In this document: positions 22,150 to 35,632 of the stretch, one piece after another
How positions within the stretch are numbered: position 1 is the first letter of the stretch
How the letters are laid out: each line of letters starts with the position of its first letter
NCBI GenBank assembly: GCA_043228905.1
Contig: JBHGNT010000016.1
Span: 16,554,001 to 16,618,000, forward strand
DNA from: Azolla caroliniana
Lineage: Eukaryota; Plantae; Polypodiophyta
DNA: 64,000 bases
Direction of reading: 5' to 3'
Made by a program: the position numbers and the translations under genes
The notes under the pieces: generated by a model
The model's input: only the letters and a program-made list of their open reading frames with translations
Told to the model about the DNA's origin: nothing
Database searches by the model: none

Positions 22150-25096
22150 TGCATGTGCCACTTTCATCTCAACCATCTCCTTGGTCATCTAACTTTCTTT
22201 TATCATCCTTTCTTGTTCGATGCATGCCTTTCAAGGGCCTTATCGTAATACTATTGTTGAGTCCTCTTAGTGGTTCATTCTTCAGCTACATACTCACCTC
22301 TAGGTCCTTAAGTGAGCACATTTCATGCTTCTCACTTTTTCTACGTTCGTGGTATACTCTTGTGTTGGAGTTGACCATGACTTCCATGCTAGTATCATCC
22401 TTGTTAGATTTTGTGATTACATCTTTTGGATCCATTTGGCCCACTTGGCCCTCATCTTCCCTTATCATGCTTCTCCTCGGCTCTTTGTTGCAAGCATCAA
22501 CTTTTGTTCTTGTGCTTTGCTTGAGCTCTTTGTCGCACGCACCATTTTTCGTCATTGTACTTCGTTTGGTCTCTTCATTGTACACTCTGGCTTCATCCTT
22601 TGCTTCCTTGGAGCCACCTTTCGTCTCTTGGGTCTCACGTTGGTTCCTAGACACAACTGCCTAAGTCTTTAGAACATCTATAAAGGAATTATTATCTTGA
22701 TTATCGTTTTCCTCTGTCGTGTTGTCCATAGTCATCTCCTTGACTATCTCTTTATCGCACACATCGGCTTTCGTCCTTCTACTTTGATTTACTTCCTTGT
22801 TGCACTCACTAGTTTCAACCCTTGCTTCCTCGACACCACCGTCCTTCTCTTGGGTCTTGCATTGGTTAATGCCAGGTCTCTCAAACGAGTGTGGAGGGAT
22901 TTATACGATTTCCTAGTTTGTCATTCCCTTTGTTGTGGTACCCTTAGCCATTTCCACCTTATGGTTGTTTGCATTGGCTTTGATCTTTGCTTCCTCATCG
23001 CCAACTTTCGTCTCTTGGGACTTACATCAGTTAATGCCCAAATCTCAAGAACTTTTGTGGGGAAAGTCTCTTCATGATCGTCGTCTACCCTCTTCGGCTT
23101 GACGTCTCCTTCTTCTTTGCATGTGTTCGCTTCGGCCTTCACTTCTTCGCCACCACCTTCCGTCTCTTGGGTTTGACGTTTGCTTTCCGACGCAACTGCC
23201 CAAGTCTCTGGACAAGTGTGGAGAAAGTCTCGACACAACCATCCGCCATTGACTCGTTCATAGCCACTTCTGACTCGGTGTCATTTTTCGTGGCTATCTC
23301 CTCAATCATGTCGGCCTCACACTTTTTATCTCCCTTGATCATGCAAGCTTTACTCATGCTCGCACCTTCATCACATGATGTTTCAGACACGATGCGTTTT
23401 TCGAAACATTTGTCCTCGCTTGAAGTGGCATTCGCCACCCTCGATTCATTGGTTTCATTCTTCATCGTTGTTTCTTTGCAAGATGAGAAGGTGTCTTGTT
23501 CCACATCTTCTCCGATGGTGCTGTCGTACCGAACTTGGGCCTTCGTATTGGCCGTATCATTACTCCACCTTTGTTGGGAGGTCTCCTATTCCTTGATAAC
23601 CATTTTAATCAATTTTGGTTCCATTATAAGATTCCCTTTGGCGTCGACTTGCACCTTTAAATTCTCATATGCCTTGTTTATGAAGGCCTCTATGACAGGT
23701 CCCTCTGGATGGGAAGGGAGAAGAACAGTGCCGATGAACAAACTCGGCCTCGGCCGAAACCGTATGAGGAGTATCCGACTACGGAGAGCCGGATGATACA
23801 AACCCGGTGAAGACCGGATGAGGAGTACCCGGCTACGGAGAGCTGGATGATACAAACCCGATGAAGACCGGATGAGGAGTACCCGGCTACGGAGAGCCAG
23901 ATATACAGACCTGGTGAAGACCAGATGAGGAGTACCCGACTACGGAGAGCCGGATGATACAGACCCGGTGAAGACCGGATGAGGAGTACCCGGCTACGGA
24001 GAGCCGGATGGTGCAGACCCGGTATGAACCGGATGAAGAGACATATTCGTAAATATGTTTTCTGAGAGTTCATCGAGGCTATATTTGTAAATAGCCGAAA
24101 AGTCATATTAGTATAAATATGACTTAGGGCAAACTTTTAGTAGTTGTTGTCATTTTCTTGTTGGTGCAAGAAGAGAGAGCGTGTAACAGTGTACAGGTTG
24201 AGAGAGAGAGAGAACGAAGTCGTTGCCTCTGTTGTAACCGCCTCCTGTGGCGAAGATCGTGAGCACGAGGTCATGCCTCCGTGAACTCACTGTTTGTACA
24301 TTCCAATATAGTGATAGTTTGCAGCCTGTGGGCTGCCGTGGTTTTTCCCTCAGTTTGGGTTTTCCATATAAACATCCTGTCTACTTTTTCTCTCCTTTGT
24401 GTCATGCATTTGTTTCCCGTTTTCTGTGTATGAAAAGAATCTCGGTTGTGGCCGAGCGTTGGACATAAGGAGCCTTGAGTTCCGTCAGGTTTGACGTTTG
24501 CTTTCTGACGCAACTGCCCAAGTCTCTGGACAAGTGTGGAGAAAGTCTCGACACAACCATCCGCCATTGACTCGTTCATAGCCACTTCTGACTCGGTGTC
24601 ATTTTTCGTGGCTATCTCCTCAATCATGTCGGCCTCACACTTTTTATCTCCCTTGATCATGCAAGCTTTACTCATGCTCGCACCTTCATCACATGATGTT
24701 TCAGACACGATGCGTTTTCCGAAACATTTGTCCTCGCTTGAAGTGGCATTCACCACCCTCGATTCATTGGTTTCATTCTTCATCATTGTTTCTTTGCAAG
24801 ATGAGAAGGTGTCTTGTTCCACATCTTCTCCGATGGTGCTGTCGTACCAAACTTGGGCCTTTGTATTGGCCGTATCATTACTCCACCTTTGTTGGGAGGT
24901 CTCCTATTCCTTGATAACCATTTTAATCAATTTTGGTTCCATTATAAGATTCCCTTTGGCGTCGACTTGCACCTTTAAACTCTCATATGCCATGTTTACG
25001 AAGGTCTCTATGTCGAGTACCTCCTCAAGCTCTCTTCTTTAGGTGGTAGTTTGTGGTTGCTTCCTGTCCTCCTTTCACCATCCGTCGTGGATTGTG
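22150..25096 (-). pseudogene. Degenerate relative of the G ORF (LTRs not seen; ends approximate)
   Basis: NQRETQETKGGSKEAK versus NQRETGETGGGNKEGK in G; VDAKGNL versus VDIEGEL; repeated modules. Confidence 0.7.
23694..24487 (+). repeat. Solo Copia LTR of the H family lacking its first ~8 nt, with a 54-bp tandem array
   Basis: Homologous to 50258-51076; begins GACAGGTCCC, ends CCGTCA; flanked by direct copies 23170-23694 and 24488-25012. Confidence 0.9.
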
Positions 25097-25700
25097 CTCT
25101 CTGCTCTCGTCGGCCATGGCTTCTTTATAGCACTCCGATTCACCGTCATCAGTCAAGAGGATGTATTGACTGGCATATGTAGTTGGTGCTTTCCTTTCTC
25201 TGAGTGGGTATCTTCTTCCACTCATTGTTGGCTCTCTTTCAGATGTCTCCACCAACTCTTCCCTCGGCTCGGGATTCTGCTCATCAATTGACATCTCCAG
25301 GTTGGAAAATTCCAACTCATATTCCTCAATTGATTTCAGCAGATCTGCCGACTCTGACTCGTGGTCTATCGGTTTGACTCGTGATCTTCTTACAGTTGCC
25401 GGTGACAACACATTTAGCCTTAAGTCGATGGTAGTCGAGGTTGACTAGGGAGTCGGTTCCAACTTCTGTTGCTTCCAGTCTTCAATTGTCTTATCTTCAA
25501 GAAAGACGATGTCCCGACTTCTCAGTACCTTCTTGTTGACTAAGTCCCACAACCTATAGCCAAATTCCTGTCCCGAGTATCCCATGAATATGCATGCTTT
25601 CGACTTGATGTCGAGCTTTGACCTGTGATCCTTTGGTACATGCATATATGCCAAACATCCAAACACCCTCAGGTGTTGGTAGGAGACATCCTTCCCTATC
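25097..25700 (-). pseudogene. Inverted Copia fragment (INT C-terminus to RT linker), same family as element I
   Basis: HLRVFGCLAYMHVPK..RSKLD, FGYRLWD, RRYPLRERKAP on the minus strand. Confidence 0.85.
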
Positions 25701-28700
25701 ACAAGTGGATCAATAGAGCAGATATACCCAGAGGGGGTATTGGAGTTAGAATGGAAAATCCTTAATAGAAAGGCGGTGGCCACCATCTGACAGTGTGTCG
25801 ATGTAACTGTCCTTCAACAGGTGGTGAACAACATGAATGCCCATGAGATGTGGCAAAAGCTATCAGGTCTGTACGAGATGAAGAACAACCTCAATAAAAC
25901 CTCATTGATGAGAAAGATCATAAGGCTGAAATACAGAGATGGTGAGAGGATCGTCGAACACATCAGCACATTCATGGGTTATGTAAATCAACTGGCTACA
26001 AGAAAGTTTCCCCTGGATGATGCAATGCAGGCCATCCTGCTGTTGTGTACCCTGTCGGATAGCTAGGAGAATCTAGTGGTGACTCTCAGCGCCTTGTGTC
26101 AAGAGGAGAACTTGTCTCTTCAAGCCGTGAAGACAAGTATCTTGAAGGAGGAGACAAGGAGGAAGTACAAGGGTGTCCTATCTCAAACAAATGCGAATGT
26201 GACACAACATTCGGACAGAGGAACGAACCGGTGAAGAAGTCCACAACAAATGGACAAATCCCACGCTAGATCAAAGTCCAGAGGTAAGCAAACATGTTAT
26301 TATTGTGGAAATCCTGGGCATTTCCCGAAGGACTGCGGACACATGAGGAAGGGCAGAGGTGTCGGTAATGGTGTTGAACCTAGGAAGATTCCTGATGAAA
26401 TGAACACTTCGGCCATTGCTACGAGCATTGAAGAACTTCTGTTCATCTGTGAACAGACAAGTGCAATTCTTGTAAGTGAAGAATGCACTTGGGTGATCGA
26501 CTCTAGGGCATCTTTCCATATAACTCCGTTGAGAGAGTATTTCTCGACTTACATAGATGGGGACCATGGCTATGTAAAGACGGGTGACAATGGGGACTGC
26601 AAAATAGTTGGAGTCGGAAGTGTCTTCTTGACAACGTCAACAAGGTGTCGGCTAACTCTGAAGGATGTTCGACACATCCCCAATATTAGATTAAATCTGA
26701 TATTGATTCGAAGACTGCATGATGAAGGCTATAGTGGTAGCTTTCGAAATGGCAAGTGGAAGTTTTGCGAAGGAATTTTCATAGTGACCCGAGCACACAA
26801 AGAAGGCACATTGTATATGATGCATGCCCGGCTGTGCAAGTCGGAAGTGAATGTGGTAGCCAACTCGAATGGAGAGATATGGCATAAGTGGCTAGGCCAC
26901 ATGAGTGAGAAGGGACTGCATATGTTAGCTGACCAAAAACTTCTTCCAGAAGTCAAGGGAGTGCACCTATAGAAATGCGTCGACTGCTTAGTTGGAAAGC
27001 AGAATAGAGCAGCATTCCACACAAGACCACCAAGAAGAAGAGAAGCACCACTGCAAGTAGTGCACACCGATGTATGCTATGTAGATGCTCCATCGCATCA
27101 TAGTGGACAATACTTTGTGACGTTCATTGACGACTATAGTCGGAAGACATGGACCTTCGCACTGAAGTCCAAAGACTAAGTACTGTTGTTTTTCAAGGAG
27201 TTCCAGGCAAGAGTCGAATGAGAGTCGCATCGGAAGTTGAAGGTTGTCCAAACCGACAATGGTGACGAGTATAAAGGGAAATTCGAGGAATACTGCAAGC
27301 ACCAAGGTATTCGGATTGAATACACAATGCCAAAGACCCCTGAGCTGAACGAACTTGCAAAGAGGATGAATTGAACAATCATGGAACAAGTAAGGAGCAT
27401 GTTGTCACATGCTAAACTGCCAAAGATATACTGGGTTGAGGCGATGTACACAGTCGTTTATCTGATCAACAGGTCTCCCTCAGTGCCATTGAAAGGTGAT
27501 GTCCCACAAAGTGTGTGGACAGGAAAGGATGTCTCCTATCAACACCTGAGGGTGTTTGAATGTCTGGGGTATATGCATGTACCGAAGTTTTTAGAGACAA
27601 GCTCAACATTGGGTGCATAAACCAGTACATAGACTGGGTGCGTAAAACCATACGCAAAATATGGTCGTGGCGGTGTTTAAACCGAAAGGACGCTAGAACA
27701 TTATTCCTCATAAGGAATAGTTTTGGGAGTTAGTGTAGAAGGCTCATTTATGAGCGGTCAAGTATTGTCAGTACTTGTGTCAGCCCAATAGTCAGGGCTT
27801 GTATAAAAGGAGCTCACTGAGCATGAAACATGTACAGAGAACATACAAAGAATTATTTTTTAATATAGTTTGGTGTTTCTGTTGTCTGTGTCTGCCCCTC
27901 TCTTTTTCTGTGATTTTTGCATTTTACCGAATTATCTTACTTCCGAACGGTGCATTCTGTGTTCTTATGCATACGCTTCCACACACGTATTCTTTTATAT
28001 GGTATCAGAGCGCGAGGGTTGAGACTCCTCTGCAGCCGACATAAAAAACCTGCTATAAAGACAAAGTTAAGTTGTTGTTTTCGGAAAGGATAAGATAGCA
28101 ATATGGACAGAGGAATGGGAAGCTCGTTACCGATTGAGATGCTCGATAGAAGCAACTAGTACGCACACCAATAGCAAGATGTTGTACATGGAGGGAGATA
28201 GGCCCCATAGTCGTGGCGGACGAGGCGGATCGGCGTGCAATGGAGGCGACCGAAAAGAGCAAAACATGCGGCATAATTGAAATGGCGGAGTCAATTCCGA
28301 ACCCATTTGAAGCAGGGGGAGTCATAGTTCCTCTCAGCCATGTCGGGCAGAAAGGGAAACTTATGAACGTGTTGCACGTCCCGACAATAACCAAGAACTT
28401 GGTGTCAATCGGTCAGATCATCAACCAGGGGATGCAAGTTCGATTCACGCACCTTGGGTGCTACATCGAAGAGGAAGGCCAAGTTATCGCGCAAGGGCGT
28501 TGTGAAGGGAGGATGTTCATCCTCGACACCGATCAAGCTAGAACAGCATTGTTCGCTAGAGGACAGAAGCTCGAGTCAGACATCGACCTGTGGCACAAGC
28601 GGTTCGGCCATGTTAACTTCCCACGGCTTCGTGAAATGCAGACAAAGAATATTGTTTTCGATTTGCCGAAATTTCGGGGCCGTAATGGCCAAGTCTATGA

Positions 28701-30366
28701 AGCCTCCCAACTTGGGAAGTAGCACTGACTTCCATTCCCCAATAAGCGTAATCATAGTCGAAATCCACTGGATTGGATCCACTTGGATGTGCTGGAACCG
28801 GCACAGAACGTGAGTCTCGGTGGAAGCCGTTACTTCATAACCTTCATCGATGACTTCACTCAGCACACCTAGGCATGCTTGATCGCAAAAAAGAGCGAAC
28901 TCTTCACGTGGTTCCTGAAGGTGAAGAACCTTGCAGAAAGGGAAACTGGATGAAAGCTCAAGTGCCTATGATCAGATGGCGGGGAGTACTTCTCCGACCA
29001 GTTCACGAGTTAACTACAGAAGGAGGGAATTCGACGCGAATTTTCATGTAGATATATGCCGAAGCAGAACGGCGTAGCAAAGCGGAAGAATCGGACGATC
29101 GAAGAAGCTACCAAGGCAATGCTTGAAGAGAAGCATATGCCAAAGTTATATTGGGCTGAAGTCGTAAGGACGGTTGTTTACTTGCAAATTTGGACTTCTG
29201 CTAATGGAGGTGTGTCGCCAAATGAGTTGTATTATGGCAAGACACCAAACTTGGCACACTTGAGGATTTTCGGCAGCATCGCGTACATGCATGTGCCAAA
29301 GGAGAAACAGAGGAAGTTGGACGCCAAATCCGAAAAGTGCATATTAGTCGGCTATTCAGACGAACAAAAGGAGTATAAGTGCTATAACCCTAGAACGAAG
29401 GAAGTTCGTGTAAACCGAGATGTCGTGTTCGATGATTCCACTTCGTGGTACTTGCCTTCGCCTCCAATCCCTGATCAATCCATTCCGAATTTTGAAGAAG
29501 AGGTTAGCAATGCCGAGCTGCCTCTACGTGATGAGGAAATCGGAGCTCTGTCAAAGAGTCCGATCTCATTTCAACTAAGCGGGCCTAATGAGGGGTTGAG
29601 CCGAGATGGCCAACCAAATGAAGAGTCGGCGAGTGGTGGAGACTCGGCCATGCTGTCCTCGCATAAAGAACCGAGGAGAATTTTTACACGTAAAGGGAAG
29701 AAGATAATGTCCGCATACAATTTCGGCAGTGCCGAGTCAGATCGGAGTGAATCTAACGTAGGGCCAATCAAGAAGGAACCTCCGTGAAAGAGGTCGGAAT
29801 CGACCGAAAAGGTTGTGAAATCGAATAATCATGAATTATGCCAATCTACTCGCCTGAAGAATCCCATAAAGAGGTACGAGTATAATGATTACATGGCGCA
29901 CCATTACGCGTACATGACACGAGTGGCGGAAGTGCGTGAGCCGGAGAGCTACGTAGAAGCGGCGAAAGATGGAAATTGGCATGCAGTGTTGGAGGAAGAG
30001 ATACACGCATTAACGGACAATGAGACTTGGGACCTAGTTGATGCACCGAAGGGTGTAAATCTGATCAGATGTAGATGGGTGTTTAAAGTGAAATACAAAA
30101 CCGACGGCTCGGTCGCACGGTGTAGATTACGATGAGACCTTCGCCCCAGTCGCGAAGATGACTACCGTGCAAGTTCTCCTAGCTGTAGCTGCGACGAAGG
30201 GGTGGCGTCTACATTAGATGGATGTAAAGAATGTGTTCCTGCAAGGTGATCTTGAGGAACAAGGGTACTGTCATGAACAGTACTGAGACAGAGAAGGAAT
30301 TAGTACTAAACGAAGGATTAGTACTACGAGAGGTGTGAACTTCTTCGAGAGAAGGGAGAAGTGAGT

Positions 30367-30397
<31 letters not shown>

Positions 30398-30691
30398 TGA
30401 GTGATGATAAGAAAGATATTTATTATATGAAGAAAATATACAACGGCGGCTAAAAGGCTTAAGACTGGCGTTGAACCAATTTGGTTCAACATAATTCCTA
30501 GTGCCCTCTTTTATAGTGTTTTCAGGAGTAATCCTGAAGCTTCTAGAATGTTCCAGAGAAATCTGGAATATACACTAATTTCCTATAATAAAATGTACAT
30601 GAAAATAATATCCTACGTATTACAATAGATGGTCTAATGGTCAAGAGCTCGACCCATATAACCCAAGGTCATGGTTTTGAGTCTTGTCATA

Positions 30692-33600
30692 TCATGACAC
30701 TATCCCCCCTTTAAAACGACGAGTGTCACGAGTCGTCTTGGATTGAGGACCCGGTTTGTGTGGATATTGACGATGGAAGTCTTCAAGAAGAGCACGAGCA
30801 TTGGTTACATTCTCGATCGGTTCCCAAGTACGTTCGCTGGGACTATAGCCTAGCCAATCGACTAGATAGTAGAGCTTGTTGCGAACAATCTTGGAATCAA
30901 GGATGGCGGCTACCTCGTACTCCGGCCCATCTTCGAGCTCGATCGGGGGTGGAGGTTGGATAAGACGTTCTGGGATGGTGCTCTCGTGGTAGGGTTTGAA
31001 GAGAGAACTATGAAACACCGGATGTATCCGAAGTTGTGGAGGTAGATCGAGACGAAAAGCGACATCATTAATCTTTCCAATAATACGGAAAGGACCTAAT
31101 CGCCGATAATCCAACTTCTCACATGGACGAGTAGTCTTGATGTGTCGTCGTAGCAGCCACACCCGATCTCCAATATTAAAACTAGATGGAAGTCGATGAC
31201 GATCCGCGTAGACCTTGTGTGTTTGTTGAGCTTGCTGGAGATGAGTAGATAAATCCGCTTGTATCTTGCGTAACCACTCCAAACGATCCTCCACGCACGG
31301 ATTTGTGAACACCTCTGGGGTTTCAAGTACACTCCACCAGGGGTGACATCCCGTATAAGCAAAAAATGGCGTAACTTTAGTAGATGCGTGGATAGAGTTG
31401 TTATAGGCAAATTCGGCGAAGTGGAGAATATCTGCCCAGTCGTCCTGATGATAGCTGAGAAAGCACCGCAGATACTGCTCCAACGTTTGATTTGTTCGTT
31501 CAGCTTGGCCGTCAGTTTGTGGGTGGTAGCCGGAAGAGAGATTACAAGTGACCTTGAGCATGTTAAAAAGGTGCTTCCAGAATTTTGACACGAACTGGGG
31601 TCCACGGTCGCTGATGATACTATCGGGGAGTCCATGATGCCGACATACTTCACGCATGACAATTTCGGCAGTGTCTTCACTGGAGATCTCCTTAGTACAT
31701 GGAAAGAAATGAGCCATCTTCGTATATCGATCGACCACCGTTAGAATCGCATTGAACCCCTTAGAGACTGGAAGATCTATGATGAAGTCTAGAGCAATGG
31801 ATTGCCACGGCTTGCTTGGAATTGGTAATGGTTCTAATAAACCATATGGATGATGCCTTGGCATTTTCGCTCTGCAACATGTATCACAAGTCCGAACAAA
31901 ATCCTCGACAAATTGTCGCATACAGGGCCACCAGAATGATCGTTGTACTAAATGTAATGTTTTAGTACTACCAAAATGCCCAGCTGTATATGTGTCATGA
32001 CATTTTTGTACTACTCGAAGGCGGCAAGAACCATTAGGAACATACAAAAGTTCTTTAAAGAAGAGTAATACATCATGGTATTTAAATTGCCGATAGTTCG
32101 TACCTGGTGGTTGCGACTGTGAACACGACGCTCGAGAGGGATCAATTTGTGCTAGTATAGCTTGGGCGAACGCATCTGTCTTCAAGTCTTCACGTATGGT
32201 ATCGATAACGCGGGAATCCATAGGCATGTCAAAGATTTGTGTTGCTTGTAGTCGTGCCGGTCCCAAGATGACTTGTTTTTGGTTATCGAAAGCTGGCTCG
32301 CCGGGACGGGGTGCTAGATACGAACGCCGTGATAATGCATCTGCCTTCCCTTGGTGCCTCCCCGGACGATATGTAATTTTGAAGTCGAAACGCGTGAGGA
32401 AATGGGCCCACCGAGCTTGACGTCGATTCAGCACACGAGCATCCTGAAAGTAGGCAAGATTCTTGTGGTCACTAAATACGATGACTGGATGAGAGGATCC
32501 CTCCAGAAAATGCCTCCATTGCATAAAAGAATCCACTATTGCCAATAGCTCCTTATCATGAATTTCGTAGTTGATTTCGGCGGCATCAAACTTGCGTGAG
32601 TGAAAAGCCACAGGATGTAGCTTTTCATCATTCCCCTGTTGTGACAGAATGCTCCCCAATGCAAAATCCGATGCGTCAGCTTCGATAATGAATGGTTTCT
32701 TCGGATCGACATGAGCTAGAATTGGAGCCGATGTAAATGCTTTTTTAAGACTCTCGAAAGCCATGTCCGTTTCTTCAGACCAGATGAACGGTTGTCCCTT
32801 CCTGGTAAGTTGTGTGAGAGGTAGAACGATCCTTGAGTAATCTTGTATGAACTTCCGGTAAAAATTGGCAAAGCCTAAGAAGCATTGCACATCCCGTACC
32901 GAACGCGGAGTCTGTCATTCTACCACCGTTTTGACCTTTGCTGGGTCCATGGAGATGCCTTCTGACGAAATGATGTAGCCGAGAAATTCCACTTGGTTGC
33001 AGCCGAAACTACATTTTTCTAGCTTTGCATACAGACCATGTTCTCGAAGTCGTTTTAGTACTAATAGTACATGAGAATCATGTTCTTCTTGGGTCTTTGA
33101 ATAAACCAGTAGATCATCCAAATAGATGATCAAACAATCATCCAATAGATCTCAGAATATATCATTAGCCATGTGTTGGAAGACTGCCGGCGCATTAGTG
33201 AGGCCGAACGGCATGACAGTATACTCGAAGTGCCCATATCTGGTGCGAAATGCGGTCTTCCATTCGTCTCCTGGTCGGATCCGTACGAGGTTATATGCTC
33301 CCCATAAGTCGATCTTCGTGAAGAACCTGGCACCATTGATCCGTTCTAAAAGACTTGAGATAAGGGGAAGAGCATACCTATTCCTGATTGTAACCTTATT
33401 CAAGCCAGAGTAATCTACAACGAGACGAAGCGATCCATCTTTTTTCTTGACGAAGAAAATGGGCGCACCGGCTGGAGATTTCGAATGCCGAATGAAACCA
33501 TTTTCCAAATTCTCCTCTATATAGGTCTGAAGGACTTCCAGCTCGGTTGGTGACAAATTGTAGATCGGTCCCCATGGCGGCTCTTTTCCCGGTTGTAAAT

Positions 33601-34288
33601 CGATGGGGCAATCGTACGGTCGATGATGAGGAAGTGTGTTGGCTTGTACTTTATCGAACACATCGGTGTAATGACGATACTTCTCAGGAAGTTGAACGGT
33701 GGATTCTTCTTTAGTGGTGTTGGAGGGGTTTACTGATATTGCAAAGAGGAACATTTCCTCCTTGTGCCCTTCTTTACGCAACTGACGTAGCGAAATGGTT
33801 GCCATCTTCTGAGTTGACCCTTGGGTTTGTCGACACCGGATTTCTCTTGTTCTCCAATCTATGTCAGGGTTATGTAACTCGAACCACGGTAGTCCTAAAA
33901 CTATAGGATGTTCTGGGATACTAATAATATTAAATGATACTACACATGCTAAGTTATCTAGGACAATATTAATGGGCTCTGACTCTTCTAGGATATTTCC
34001 GGAAGCAATGGAACGTCCATCAATGACTACTACAGAGGCTGGACACTGGAGTTTTCTTAGGGATATCTTATGAGCTTGAGCAAATTTCTTATCCATAAAG
34101 CAAGAGTTAGCTCCGGAATCTAGGAGTGCTAGGACATGTACTGGAGGGGTACTTTTAGTACTAACTATTACTTGGGCTACGAACACATCACTAACTTGCT
34201 TAGAGGGAATGGAACCACTAATGGGCTGCACAGATCTAGGGCTGTCCAACCAAACGGCTCCTATTTTGGCTGGACTTAGTCGTTTAAC
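30692..34288 (-). pseudogene. pol: K pol: PR-RT-RH-INT-chromodomain with two in-frame stops (33152, 32915)
   Basis: LLDSGA, YLDDLL, ADASDFA, H-H-C-C, LDFI/SDRG/QAE, YEVAAILD..YLVDWLGY..TWEP; the three ORFs share one frame. Confidence 0.96.
34237..34288 (-). promoter_or_regulatory. Putative -1 frameshift signal of K
   Basis: G_TTA_AAC, spacer GACTAA and the same 11-bp stem as in A. Confidence 0.75.
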
Positions 34289-35427
34289 TCTTCTTCTAAC
34301 TGACTAAGGACATCAAATTTGTTTGCTAGATTTGGGATATTAGTACTATTAGGACTATCAGATATCCCTACTGAAATAGGCTCAGATTTAGTACAATTAG
34401 AACTAGCGACTATTTGGTTTACTTGTCTTCTTGGCCTCTGGGGGCAATTTATTGCGATATGTCCTGGTCCACCGCAGTAAAGACATAGTCAATTTGTACG
34501 GGGTCGCTGCTTTTCTTCTTCGGATAATGGCCCTCGACGACGTGTAGTGTCAATCTCCATCGGAGTCGGAGTATTCGCTGGAGGGGCATTATATGACTCC
34601 CTCGGAAAAGGTCTTGCTACCACTGAGGCGTAGGTGGGCTCTGATCTTGCCCTTGGCATCTGTAGTTGTCGTTCCGAACGTCGCTCAAAGAGGCGGTTGT
34701 CACATCTCACCGCACGACTGATTGCTTCTGTTAAGGACTTTGGCTCTTCGGGGAAGGTCAAGAGTAAATCCTTGACGTCGTTGCATAAACCATAACGGAA
34801 TTGCTCCATCAACGCTTGATCATCCCAAGGGATATCGGCGGCGAGTAGGCGAAAATCTGCAGCGTATGCGGAGGCTGGACGGTCACCTTGGCGTAATCGC
34901 CGGATTTTGTTGATTGCGGTCCTGATGTTGTCAGTATCTCCGAAACATGCTTTAAACTCACCTAGAAACTCTTCAAAATTGTTGAGTAACGGAGATTCCT
35001 TTTCTAATAGTGGAGCGAACCATGACAACGCTGAGCCACTTAACAAAGTGCCTACTAAACCCACTCGTGATGCATTGGTGGGATATCGGGAAGGATGCAT
35101 TTGAATAACTAATCGTACCTGGTTAAGGAACCCTCTAAACTGCGATCGCGTTCCATCGAACTTCGTGGGAAGGCCAATCTTAGGTTCTTTATGAATCCCT
35201 TGTGTTCCGGGCCCGTGTTGTTGCATCGCTACGATGGTGGCTTCGAGTTGTTGCACGTGTAACGCAAGTTCCCCATGCTGTTGTTGCGTTTGCTGCTTTT
35301 CTAAGGAGATTTGCTGAAGATCCCCCAGCAACCATTGGTTTTCTTGTTCCAAAGCATGGAACTTCTCCTTCAAGCATTGAAATTCCGAGAAAACAGATTG
35401 ATATTCTTCAGCGCTAACAGTGGCCAT
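34276..35427 (-). pseudogene. gag: K gag, one premature TGA at 34489 before the zinc knuckle
   Basis: 312-aa ORF plus 71 in-frame codons ([14 protein letters not shown]) to TAA at 34276. Confidence 0.94.
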
Positions 35428-35599
35428 GGGATGAAAGAAAAGAGGAATAAAAGATTAGTAGGAAATGAGAGAGACAGAAGGTAGGTAAAATTGGTTCAAA
35501 CTGTCATGAACAGTACTGAGACAGAGAAGGAATTAGTACTAAATGAAGGATTAGTACTACGAGAGGTGTGAACTTCTTCGAGAGAAGGGAGAAGTGAGT

Positions 35600-35632
<33 letters not shown>

